From Kiritimatiellia bacterium (GTDB taxonomy: Bacteria; Verrucomicrobiota; Kiritimatiellia; RFP12; UBA1067), in assembly GCA_017403825.1 (NCBI GenBank), contig JAFRDO010000016.1, positions 25,814 through 89,813 of the forward strand: a stretch of 64,000 bases of DNA. The letters run 5' to 3'. The position numbers and the translations under genes were made by a program. Shown here piece after piece: positions 45,278 to 54,585 of this stretch. The notes beneath the pieces were generated by a model. That model saw nothing but the letters and a program-made list of their open reading frames with translations. It was not told the origin of the DNA and did not search any database. Every line of letters starts with the position of its first letter. Within the stretch, counting starts at the first letter, position 1.

Positions 45278-45999
45278 TTCGCCGCTTCCGTATGGTCGCC
45301 GGGCCGAACGGCTCCGGCAAGACGACGTTGGTCGGCTGGCTGACCCGCGACTACGCTGTCAACTTCTATACGGTGCTCAACGCCGATGACGTGTTCGCGC
45401 AGGTGAAGCGGACAAGGGCGTTGTTTCTTCCGTTTCCGGTAGATTCGGCGTCGCTTGCGGCGTATGTCGAATCCTCGCAATATGACGAGTGCGAGAAAAT
45501 GCGTTTCAGGTCAGGTGAGATTGTCGTAGAGGGAGATTGTGCCCGGTTCAATGCCGATGATGCCGTAAACTCATATTCGGTCGCCTTGCTGGTAAATTTT
45601 CTTCAGGACGAATTCATCAGTCGCGGCATCAGCTTTTCGCAGGAAACGGTATTCTCGCATTCCTCAAAGGTTGCCGCGCTTGCCAAGGCATATGATGTCG
45701 GGTTTCGGAATTATCTCTACTATGTGGCGACAGACGACGCGGCCATCAACGCGGATCGCGTAATGTGTCGCTATGCGCAGGGCGGACACGATGTGCCGCC
45801 TGAGAAGATTGCGGCGCGATACGTGCGTTCGCTCGCCAATATCGCGCCAGCGCTCCAGTATCTTTCACGGGCGTTTTTCTTCGACAATTCCAACGCGGAG
45901 ATGCGGTATCTGGCCTCCTATGACGCCGATGCCGGATTCGCCTTGCACGTTCCGCCTGCGGAACTGCCACTCTGGTTCCGCCGAAACGTGACGATGTAA
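45274..45999 (+). CDS. Zeta-toxin-like / COG4185-type P-loop ATPase
   Basis: AGPNGSGKTT, NADD, FSQETVFS, RV..R.AQGGHDVP.EKI..RY.RS, FDNS. Confidence 0.85.
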   Translation: MIRRFRMVAGPNGSGKTTLVGWLTRDYAVNFYTVLNADDVFAQVKRTRALFLPFPVDSASLAAYVESSQYDECEKMRFRSGEIVVEGDCARFNADDAVNSYSVALLVNFLQDEFISRGISFSQETVFSHSSKVAALAKAYDVGFRNYLYYVATDDAAINADRVMCRYAQGGHDVPPEKIAARYVRSLANIAPALQYLSRAFFFDNSNAEMRYLASYDADAGFALHVPPAELPLWFRRNVTM

Positions 46000-46025
46000 C
46001 TGCCACTTGCAAGGGAGCCGTGCTG

Positions 46026-46059
46026 ATTGCGCTCGGCGGGAGAGTTTGGTATAATGTGT
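46026..46059 (+). promoter_or_regulatory. Promoter TTGCGC-17-TATAAT (copy 1 of a 34-bp repeat)
   Basis: attgcgctcggcgggagagtttggtataatgtgt; 31/34 identical to 50062-50095. Confidence 0.8.
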
Positions 46060-46090
46060 TGCGTCAAGCGACACAACATAGGAAAAAACG

Positions 46091-48631
46091 ATGAAAAAAT
46101 TGCTTGCCGCACTTGTCTGCGCCGTTGCGTTCCAGCTGACGGTGTCCGCCGAATCCTACACCTACACACCTGGCGACACGTCGCTTGGCAACGGTGCCGT
46201 GACCATCACCTACGATGGTAGCACGACCGACATCGCAACGCTGACCGCGAACCCGTCGGACGGCGAGACGATCACGCTCACGGGCGGCGCGGCAACGTTC
46301 GCCGCTGGCGCGACGATTACGCTCGCCTCGTCCGGCACCGTCGCGTTCGCGGAGAAGGTGACAACCAAGGGTGCGCTTACCCTTGCACGCGGCGACGATG
46401 TGTATCGCGTGTGGACTGGCGCCGCGTTGACGACCGATCATCCAAACACGCCGGCGTTTCCGGATATTGTCACGAACGATCAGATCTCCGCAACCGACGT
46501 GGCGAACACATGGGAATGCATACATGTGGTCGCTAGTGCTCCTAGTACGAGCGGATACAACCACCTTGGTGCTGTTGGGCGTTATGACACTATCGGAGGG
46601 CGGATTGGCAACGACTCATTCGTAACATTGAACCGCAATACCTCTGCGTTCGCCTATTCCATACGTGTCCAGCTGACGCCAAGAGCCGACGGAACCTATG
46701 CCCGTTGCCGCACGGGCGTCCGTTCGCCACGCTACGGCCTCTATCCCGACTTGGAAAAAAACTGGGCAACCGCCGACCTTTGGGGCGATACCGTCGCCAA
46801 TTGGGGCGCGACAAAAGAAGCAAGAGCATTCCGTGGTATCTGGGGTACTTCCGACAGCAATGGCAACGATGCCCAGAAATATGGCGGAACATGGCTTGGC
46901 TATACATCCGCTATGGGGTTGAACAAAATCATCCTCAGGCGCAAGAATTCGCCCGCCGGTGCAATGCAGGTGCGTTTCGATGGCGGCGCAACGCTCGGCG
47001 GCACAACGACAATCCCGTTTGGGATGGAGGCCGTGCTGTCGGTTGGCAATGGAAGCGATTCGTCGGTGCTCTCTCAGCCTATTGAAGGTGATGGCGACTT
47101 CAGGATAAAGCCGATTGATGTTGGCAGCGCCACATCCTACAGGGAAGACTACAGGGAAGACTTCATAACGACCTCCTGGTCGCTTCTTGTCCAAAACCGT
47201 CTTTTGGCCTCGGTTACGTCAATGTCCGCTGAGATGAATGGTTCTAGCCAGCCCACGTCAGTTGCCGCACGATGGTGCCACTACAAGTACGATCCCGCCA
47301 CTGATATGGCAAAGTGCCAGTTCCAATTCTGGAATGGAACGGGAATCAAAGTGGTAAAGGTGGAGTTGAGGCAACAGCCAGATAATAGTGGCAATATACA
47401 GATTAGAGCCACTGGCGCTGGTTATTACACAGGTACTCAATACAATTACAATAATAACGAGCCGGTGGATGTCTATGATCGCAGCAATACGCACACGGTT
47501 GCAACAAACGCCACGGTTGCCAACTACGGTATTCACAAGATTAGGGTGACAACGAGTGATAAGGGTGGCATTGTGACGGTTTCGGGTAACGTTCAGAACC
47601 TGATCGGCGGGCGGTTCACCGTAGAAGGCGGCGACAGCGGGCGGATGATCGCCACGGTTACATCAACGACTGGGCTTCCGGCCGGTGGCGCAGTCCATAT
47701 CAACACCAATGCAGAATTGAGGCTTATGGCCTCTACTACAGCGCCCGCCAACGGTACGTTTGAGTATTTTGTTCATGCCGGGGGACGGCTTCGCAATATC
47801 AACCAGTGGCAGATTTCAAGGCCTCAGAACCTCGTTTTTGACGGAGGAACGTTTTCCGGGTACAGTACAGATGCCTATTTGAACTATGTTACTCTGTCCA
47901 ATGCCAACATGAACGGCACTTACACGCGTGTAGCCTATGACTTACCCAATGCGTATTGGCGGGTGATTGGAACAGCACCGTCAACCATCGCTTTCAGCTC
48001 CGGCTTGAATGCATATGGATATGCTGGTGCTGCTACCGCGCGGAACAACAATTGCGCGTTTCGTATTGAAGTGGCAGATGTGACGGACGGGCCTGACTGC
48101 ATCTTGAACCGCATCCGTGGCGCGGCTAACCGTGGCGCATCAGATCGTGAAAGTTACGCTTGGTTCTGGTTTGAGAAGTACGGTCCGGGTACGCTGAAGA
48201 TTACCGACGACTCCAAGGAAGTTCGCATGGAGTCGAGGCTTTACAATGGTACGCTGTTGCTGGCTGGGAACAACATCATGACGAACGAGGTGCAGCTGTT
48301 GGGCGGCAATCTCGCGGTCGATGCCGGAAAGGCCAACAATAATCTCGGCCAGCTCACGGCGGAGAAGGGCGGCACCATCACGGTTGGTGCGGGCGGCTCG
48401 CTCGGGTTTGCGTCGTTCGCGCCGGGCGCGAATTTGGCGACCAAGTCCATCATGATTGACGCGCCGAAGGATGGCAATGTCCTCAAGTTCAATACTACGT
48501 TCACGGGCGAACAGCTCAGGTACTTCAGATGGAAGGACGAAACTGCACCTGTCGGGTCTTGGCGTGTGGCGCAGGACGCGGACGGCTATATGCACCCGGT
48601 CGAGTGTGGAACGTTCATCTTCATCCGGTAG
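46091..48631 (+). CDS. Large secreted beta-rich protein (autotransporter-passenger-like strands, no beta-barrel), ending ...GTFIFIR
   Basis: MKKLLAALVCAVAFQLTVSA signal, FEKYGPGTLKI...NGTLLL passenger-type repeat. Confidence 0.8.
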   Translation: MKKLLAALVCAVAFQLTVSAESYTYTPGDTSLGNGAVTITYDGSTTDIATLTANPSDGETITLTGGAATFAAGATITLASSGTVAFAEKVTTKGALTLARGDDVYRVWTGAALTTDHPNTPAFPDIVTNDQISATDVANTWECIHVVASAPSTSGYNHLGAVGRYDTIGGRIGNDSFVTLNRNTSAFAYSIRVQLTPRADGTYARCRTGVRSPRYGLYPDLEKNWATADLWGDTVANWGATKEARAFRGIWGTSDSNGNDAQKYGGTWLGYTSAMGLNKIILRRKNSPAGAMQVRFDGGATLGGTTTIPFGMEAVLSVGNGSDSSVLSQPIEGDGDFRIKPIDVGSATSYREDYREDFITTSWSLLVQNRLLASVTSMSAEMNGSSQPTSVAARWCHYKYDPATDMAKCQFQFWNGTGIKVVKVELRQQPDNSGNIQIRATGAGYYTGTQYNYNNNEPVDVYDRSNTHTVATNATVANYGIHKIRVTTSDKGGIVTVSGNVQNLIGGRFTVEGGDSGRMIATVTSTTGLPAGGAVHINTNAELRLMASTTAPANGTFEYFVHAGGRLRNINQWQISRPQNLVFDGGTFSGYSTDAYLNYVTLSNANMNGTYTRVAYDLPNAYWRVIGTAPSTIAFSSGLNAYGYAGAATARNNNCAFRIEVADVTDGPDCILNRIRGAANRGASDRESYAWFWFEKYGPGTLKITDDSKEVRMESRLYNGTLLLAGNNIMTNEVQLLGGNLAVDAGKANNNLGQLTAEKGGTITVGAGGSLGFASFAPGANLATKSIMIDAPKDGNVLKFNTTFTGEQLRYFRWKDETAPVGSWRVAQDADGYMHPVECGTFIFIR

Positions 48632-48715
48632 GCAATAATTCCATATGCCGGCATATACGTGGCTGCTGGGCGGCGCCTGGCGTGGATGTACCTGCCCTCC
48701 ATTTGCTGATCGGCC

Positions 48716-50044
48716 ATGAGAACTAATGTTGCAATATTTGTTGCGCTGAATGCGCTTGTCATAGCCGCTTCTGCGGCAGTCGTCCCGGTTTCGCCGACGG
48801 GCGGAGCGAAGGTCGCGCTTCTGCCGGAGGCGCATAAGAAGATCATGTCGTTCGCCACCTGCGGGGAACGGATCGCCGTCCTCAAGGCGGACAGCGAAAA
48901 ACCGCACGACGAGCGCTTCTACGGCAAGGACCGTTCCTCGAAGTGGCGCACGTTCCTGCCGCTCAAGCTTGAATGGCGCACTACCGACGGCGAGACAGGT
49001 CCGTGGAAGATCCTGATTGGCAAGACGCCCGACCTCGCCGGCGCGACCGAGATGTGGCTCAATTCGGAAGCGGCCCTCAAGATGTCGCTGACGGAGAAGA
49101 GCTCGACTGGCGAGAAGGTCGAAGGCAATACGCACGTCTACAGCTACGTCGTGCCGCGCGCCAACCTCGAAGTAGGCCGCACCTACTACTGGAAAGTGTG
49201 GAGCAACGTCGCGTGCCGCCGTTTCCCGCACGGTTCCACTATGAACGCCAAATGTCCCTATTGCGACAGCCGCCGCGCCGTGGCGTCGGACGTGGCGTCC
49301 TTCGTCACCGAAGACCAGCCGCCGCGCTGGATCAGGCTGGAGGGCAGCGCAGGGAACGTCCGCGACCTCGGCGGATGGAAGGGGCTCGGCGGACGGCGCG
49401 TGAAGCAGGGCATGATTTTCCGCGGAGCTGGACTCAACAACGGCAGCGCGAACGGCGAAAGACCGGGACCGTGCCGCATGACGGTCGAGGACGCAAACTA
49501 CATGAGGGACGTGCTGGGCATAAGGACAGACCTCGATCTCCGTACGGATCTTGAGGTTGGCGGTATGACCAAGTCTCCGCTCGGCGACGGTGTCAGGCTG
49601 GTTCACATAGCTTCGGCGGCATACGCAGGGCTGTTCTTCGTCGGCGACAAGGCCGGAGAATTCAACAGGCATCTCTGCGCGGACGGCAAAAAGGCGATGG
49701 CCGAGAACTTTCGCGTGTTCTGCGACAAGGCGAACTACCCCGTATACGTCCATTGCGCGGGCGGCGCCGATCGCACCGGGTCGCTCGTGTACGTCCTTCT
49801 GGGCGCCCTCGGCGTCCCCAGACACGATGCCGAGGTGGAATGGGAATTGACCTTCTATCCGAAGTTCGACGGTTTTGAAGCCACGACGGATCATTGGAGG
49901 AGCGAGCGGCACTTTAATGACGGCCTTGCCGGGTACGGCGACGCCGACACCCCGTGGAACAGGCGCATAGAGCTGTATCTTGCTGACTGCGGCATCACGC
50001 AGGAGGAAATCGACCGATTCCGCTCGATAATGCTGGAACCCTGA
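48716..50044 (+). CDS. Secreted protein-tyrosine-phosphatase-family enzyme
   Basis: Signal peptide, NVRDLGGW, DLDLR, HCAGGADRTG (CX5R). Confidence 0.88.
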   Translation: MRTNVAIFVALNALVIAASAAVVPVSPTGGAKVALLPEAHKKIMSFATCGERIAVLKADSEKPHDERFYGKDRSSKWRTFLPLKLEWRTTDGETGPWKILIGKTPDLAGATEMWLNSEAALKMSLTEKSSTGEKVEGNTHVYSYVVPRANLEVGRTYYWKVWSNVACRRFPHGSTMNAKCPYCDSRRAVASDVASFVTEDQPPRWIRLEGSAGNVRDLGGWKGLGGRRVKQGMIFRGAGLNNGSANGERPGPCRMTVEDANYMRDVLGIRTDLDLRTDLEVGGMTKSPLGDGVRLVHIASAAYAGLFFVGDKAGEFNRHLCADGKKAMAENFRVFCDKANYPVYVHCAGGADRTGSLVYVLLGALGVPRHDAEVEWELTFYPKFDGFEATTDHWRSERHFNDGLAGYGDADTPWNRRIELYLADCGITQEEIDRFRSIMLEP

Positions 50045-50061
50045 CAGATTGTTGCGGGTGA

Positions 50062-50095
50062 ATTGCGCTTGGCGGCAGAGTTTGATATAATGTGT
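50062..50095 (+). promoter_or_regulatory. Promoter TTGCGC-17-TATAAT (copy 2 of the 34-bp repeat)
   Basis: attgcgcttggcggcagagtttgatataatgtgt. Confidence 0.8.
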
Positions 50096-50169
50096 ATGAT
50101 GTGAACGGCTATGTCCATCCAAAGGTCTTTGGCGGCAGGATTATCGTCAAATAATCACAAGAGGGCAAA

Positions 50170-51228
50170 ATGAACGGACATTCAGGAATAGGGCGTCGGG
50201 CGTTCCTTGGTGCAGGCGCGGCAACGCTGCTTGCGGGCGGGGTATCTGGCAAGACCGGTGCGTCGGGGCGGCCTGACGGCGACGAAGTGAAGTTCTGCGC
50301 GTTCGCGGACATTCACTACTACCCAGGGGTGTTCCCGCATGACACCCGCGAATGGCTCGAGCGGGTCCTTGACCGTGCCGAGAAGTCCAAGGTCGACTTC
50401 ATAATCCACATGGGCGACTTCACACACACGCCTGTCCGCTGCAAGGACTACGTGGACTTCTACAACGACTTCCGCATCAAGACCTACCATACCGTGGGCA
50501 ACCACGACGACGACGGCAATTCGCATGCGGAGACGCTGGCGGCATACCGGCTCGACCGCGGCTACTACTACTTCGACCGCGGAGGTTTCCGCTTCATCGT
50601 TACGGACACGAACAACTGCCTTGTGGACGGCAAGTGGACGCATTACTCCAATTCCAACTACTATGCCGTCGGACGGAAGGACGGAAACCTCATCACCCGC
50701 GTGCCGCCGGAGCAGCTGGAATGGCTGAAGGCGACGATCGAAGGCTCGCCGTACCCGTGCATCATAACGAGCCACGCCAGCTACGAACGCGAGGACGGTT
50801 CGCCGGACCGCGCTGCCGTGCGCCGGATATTTGACGAGGCGAACGCGAAGCATCCCGGCCGTGTGCGACTTGTGATCAACGGGCATCACCACTGCGACCA
50901 CGTTCGCATGCTGGAGAATATCGTCTATTTGGATCTTAACTCTGCCAGCTATGACTGGATGGATAAGACGCACACGGCCTATCCAGAAGAGGACGTCAAG
51001 CGCTGGAAGCACGCGCGGCACGTTATTGCGTGGAACGACCCTGTGAACGCGATCATCACGATAAACCGGAACGGTCACCTGAAGGTCGAGGGGCAGAGGA
51101 GCGAGTTCTACCGCGGCGTCACGCCCGTCATGGCGGGCCTGCCGCCGACCAACGGGCGCCAGCGCCGTCTCATCACCCCGAACGTCCAGTCGTTTGAGAT
51201 GACGATAGCATATCCAGGCGCTTCGTGA
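50170..51228 (+). CDS. Tat-exported calcineurin-like metallophosphoesterase
   Basis: GRRAFL twin-Arg signal, ADIH, GDF, GNHD, SH, NGHHH. Confidence 0.9.
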   Translation: MNGHSGIGRRAFLGAGAATLLAGGVSGKTGASGRPDGDEVKFCAFADIHYYPGVFPHDTREWLERVLDRAEKSKVDFIIHMGDFTHTPVRCKDYVDFYNDFRIKTYHTVGNHDDDGNSHAETLAAYRLDRGYYYFDRGGFRFIVTDTNNCLVDGKWTHYSNSNYYAVGRKDGNLITRVPPEQLEWLKATIEGSPYPCIITSHASYEREDGSPDRAAVRRIFDEANAKHPGRVRLVINGHHHCDHVRMLENIVYLDLNSASYDWMDKTHTAYPEEDVKRWKHARHVIAWNDPVNAIITINRNGHLKVEGQRSEFYRGVTPVMAGLPPTNGRQRRLITPNVQSFEMTIAYPGAS

Positions 51229-51275
51229 TTCTATCTTAGCTGATCGTCTGACCGTGTTCCGATGACAAGAAAAGA

Positions 51276-52352
51276 ATGGAAAAGGACATGTCCGGCAGAA
51301 AGGATTTCCTGAAAGGCGGCGTCGCGGAGGGAGGAGAGGCAGCGGCGAAACCGAAGTTCGCATGGTCGTTTCTCGTCCATTTTGGCATGAACATGTGGGG
51401 AGACATCGTCTCCAAGCCGAGCCGCAACGGGCTAATCAAGAAGCGGCTCACCGACGAGGAGTTCGCGCTCGTATGCGGCGACGACTACCTTGCGCTAGAC
51501 CGCGTCCGCTTCGACGAGGCGCTCTGGCGCGACCTCTCGGAGCAGCTCAAGAAGGACGGCTGCAATCAGATCGTGGTCGATGTCGGCGAGTTCCTGAAAT
51601 ACCCAAGCCACCCCGAACTGGCGGTAAAGGGCAGCTGGAGCGCGGAGCGGCTCGCGGCGGAGGTGAAGCGACTGAATTGCATGGGGTTCGAGGTCGTGCC
51701 TAAGCTCAACTTCTCCTGCTGCCACCGCACATGGCTCGGCGAGTATGCGCGGATGGTGTCGACGCCGAAGTACTATGAGGTCTGCGCCGACCTCATCCGC
51801 GATGCGCTTGAGGTGTTCAAGGGTACGCGCTTCCTTCACATCGGCATGGACGAAGAGCACATGCCGTCGTACCAACGCTACAACAGGATGCTGGTGATGC
51901 GTCAGGGGGAACTTTGGTGGCACGATGCGCTTTGGCTTGTGAAGGAAGTGGAGAAGCATGACGTGCGCGCCTGGATGTGGCACGATTTCCTGCGCAAGCA
52001 CAAGATGGAGGAGTTTGCGAAGCGTATGCCGAAGACTGTTGTGCAGAGCCCGTGGACGTATCAGATCGACGACACTACGCGGTACGAGAACCTGTTCTGG
52101 ATCTTCCGCACGCTTTCTAAGGGCGGGTATGACACCGTTCCGTGCAGTTCGCATTGCTACGGCGGTGACAAAGGATTCGTGAAGTTGGCGGAATGGTGCA
52201 GGGACAACATGGATCCCGCGCATTTCATTGGCTTCCAAATGGCACCTTGGATGCAGACGGGCGAGGCGTACAGGCGGTTGCTTTTCAGAGGTTCCGAACT
52301 TCTCGCTGAGGCGCGGCGAGCGTTGTGCCAAAATTTGCCGCATTTGCAATAA
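51276..52352 (+). CDS. TIM-barrel glycoside-hydrolase-like protein (GH20-like) with vestigial Tat motif
   Basis: YPSHPEL, VVPKLNFS, HIGMDEE (GH20-type D-E pair), WMWHD; start at 51276 or 51288. Confidence 0.7.
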   Translation: MEKDMSGRKDFLKGGVAEGGEAAAKPKFAWSFLVHFGMNMWGDIVSKPSRNGLIKKRLTDEEFALVCGDDYLALDRVRFDEALWRDLSEQLKKDGCNQIVVDVGEFLKYPSHPELAVKGSWSAERLAAEVKRLNCMGFEVVPKLNFSCCHRTWLGEYARMVSTPKYYEVCADLIRDALEVFKGTRFLHIGMDEEHMPSYQRYNRMLVMRQGELWWHDALWLVKEVEKHDVRAWMWHDFLRKHKMEEFAKRMPKTVVQSPWTYQIDDTTRYENLFWIFRTLSKGGYDTVPCSSHCYGGDKGFVKLAEWCRDNMDPAHFIGFQMAPWMQTGEAYRRLLFRGSELLAEARRALCQNLPHLQ

Positions 52353-52372
52353 CGTGGAATATTTGGTACAAT
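52344..52372 (+). promoter_or_regulatory. Promoter TTGCAA-17-TACAAT (TG-extended)
   Basis: ttgcaa-taacgtggaatatttgg-tacaat. Confidence 0.65.
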
Positions 52373-52424
52373 TTGGTGCGAAAGATTGGAAAACCTTTCA
52401 AACAATTCAAGGGAGAAAATAAAG

Positions 52425-54563
52425 ATGCGTACGGTAGCAAACAATGTAAGAGGTATGTTTTTCGTTTCCCTTCTCGGAGCGATGGCGGGTATTCTTGCAG
52501 CACAGGCCGAGACGGTCACCGCCGAACCCGATGCCTTCCTTGAATACGTTGGGGCGACAGGAACGCAGTACATCGATACTGGTGTCAACGCCGAGACGGG
52601 GCTGAAGGCGCGACTCGACTTCGCGTGGGATACATCCGTGACAAGTGGTTCCGACTGGTCGCTTCTCGCCGCCGCCACGGCTGACAACAGTTCAGACAAC
52701 CGTTCGCGCATTTTTCTCTGTCATTATTATGGCGGTGGCGGGAAACCGTTCTTCGGCTACGGCCTCAAACAGCGCGGGAATCCCGCGAAGTCGTTCGTAT
52801 TCGCCGCCGGGCGGCGATACGAGATTGTCTCTGACATGTCTGACACCAACTCTTTTGAACTGGTCCAGAACGGCATGAAGACGTTCAGCACTGCTGACCG
52901 CGAGACGTATGCGGCGAACGGCAACAACGTCAACCTGAACCTCAACCTTTTCGTATTCGCATGCAACTACGGGGGGAATCCCACCTGGAAAAGCAAGGGC
53001 AAGCTCTATGAGCTGAAGATTTTCAAGAAGACCGGCGAGATTGCCGGAACGAACACATTTGATCTCATCCGCCACTACCTGCCTTGCATCAAGAACGGTC
53101 GCGCCGGACTTTACGACAAGGTGAACGGTACGATTTCCTATTCTTTCACGTCCGGGTCGGACTTCGTCGCCGGGCCGGTGCTCGACAAGCCGCTTGACTT
53201 CGTGAAGTGGGTCTGGACGAACGGCAAGCAGTGGTTTGACACGCTCGTCTGGGGCAAGAGTGGACTCAAGAGCGAGGTGGACATCTCCGTGCGCGAATAC
53301 GAGGGCGACCACTGCATTCTTGGAACCCGCCGCAACAACAACCGCTATTATCCGGCCTACAGCTACGAGAAGCGGTTCCGATACGCCTATGGAACAATGC
53401 CCAAAAGGGAGAACACGAACATTTCCGTCCCGACAAATGACGTGTCCTACTACATGGACACGCGCTATCTCATCAAGTCCGACCTTCGAGACGGCTATCA
53501 GTCCGTGATCGTCGACAAGAACGGCGGCGCGTACGTCGTTGAACTTCACAAGGACGATCAGGCCTATCTTACGGGCGAGAACGTCGTGACCAACACGATG
53601 GCGCTAATGGCCTGCCATCAGGACAACAGCTACACATTTCCTTCGAAAGGTCTCATCTACGCAACTAAGATCTGGGACGGCGACGAACTGCTGCGTGACT
53701 TCGTACCAGTTGTGGCGACCAATGCCGAGGGCGTGGCCTACGCCGGTCTCTATGACACGGTGTCCGAGCGCATCTTCCGCCAGATAGGAACAGCGGAGTT
53801 CGACCTTGCCAGTCAGGTTGGCGGTGTCACCAACTCGCTCCGCACCGCTGTCGCCAGCCCGACGACGCGCATAGGGTACATCGATTCCGATGCGTTGCTT
53901 GACTATGTTGATTTGGGAATCATCGGCAAGGACGGCGTGGAAATGGAAACGGAGATGGCGTGGCTTTACGTCCCGACCGACGGCGCGTTTGTCGGTGCAC
54001 GAACGAATACGCAACAAGACCACGGTGGCAATACTGGCGTGAGGTTCTACCCATACCATTACTGGAAAAATGCCGAAGCTGGGTCGCGGCATCGCCTTTG
54101 CTACGACGGCGATCTGTTCGTGATCGGCTCCCAGGCCGCAACGGCGAACACGAAGTATCGCATTGCCACGCGACTCGATGTGGATTGTGGCTATGCCTCT
54201 CTCTCCACTTTCTCGAATGGTGCGTGGGGTGCGCCGGAAACACGTACTATTCTCCCCGAAAACGGCTACGACAGTCCTGTTAATACGGGGCTTCCCCTCT
54301 ACCTTTTCGCTGTCAACATCGACGGTGTGCCGCGGTTCCCCGGCAAGGTGCGTCTCTATAAGCTGAAGCTCAAGGAGAAGCAGCAGGACGGATCGTATGC
54401 GCTTGTGCGCGACCTTGTGCCTGTGTTTGACCCTGCGACGGGCGGCGCGGCGCTCTGGGACAAGGTGACGGAATCGTATTTCCGCAACGGCGGCAAGTAT
54501 CAGCTCGCCGGCGGCGGCGCGGAAAGACCGATTGCGCCGGGTGTCATAATTTCAATTAAATGA
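52425..54563 (+). CDS. Secreted protein with three repeats of a ~220-aa beta-sandwich (LamG/ConA-like) domain, ending ...GVIISIK
   Basis: Signal peptide; repeats open with (L/I)EY..TG.QYIDTG and close with Y..KI...L.R.(F/Y)VP...GLYD.V. Confidence 0.8.
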   Translation: MRTVANNVRGMFFVSLLGAMAGILAAQAETVTAEPDAFLEYVGATGTQYIDTGVNAETGLKARLDFAWDTSVTSGSDWSLLAAATADNSSDNRSRIFLCHYYGGGGKPFFGYGLKQRGNPAKSFVFAAGRRYEIVSDMSDTNSFELVQNGMKTFSTADRETYAANGNNVNLNLNLFVFACNYGGNPTWKSKGKLYELKIFKKTGEIAGTNTFDLIRHYLPCIKNGRAGLYDKVNGTISYSFTSGSDFVAGPVLDKPLDFVKWVWTNGKQWFDTLVWGKSGLKSEVDISVREYEGDHCILGTRRNNNRYYPAYSYEKRFRYAYGTMPKRENTNISVPTNDVSYYMDTRYLIKSDLRDGYQSVIVDKNGGAYVVELHKDDQAYLTGENVVTNTMALMACHQDNSYTFPSKGLIYATKIWDGDELLRDFVPVVATNAEGVAYAGLYDTVSERIFRQIGTAEFDLASQVGGVTNSLRTAVASPTTRIGYIDSDALLDYVDLGIIGKDGVEMETEMAWLYVPTDGAFVGARTNTQQDHGGNTGVRFYPYHYWKNAEAGSRHRLCYDGDLFVIGSQAATANTKYRIATRLDVDCGYASLSTFSNGAWGAPETRTILPENGYDSPVNTGLPLYLFAVNIDGVPRFPGKVRLYKLKLKEKQQDGSYALVRDLVPVFDPATGGAALWDKVTESYFRNGGKYQLAGGGAERPIAPGVIISIK

Positions 54564-54585
54564 TCAAGGCGAATAGAGGCAAACA

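Noticed and set aside
48643-48656. Palindrome atatgccggcatat after the 846-aa gene
   Set aside because: It is short, has no loop or U-tract, and has no supporting context
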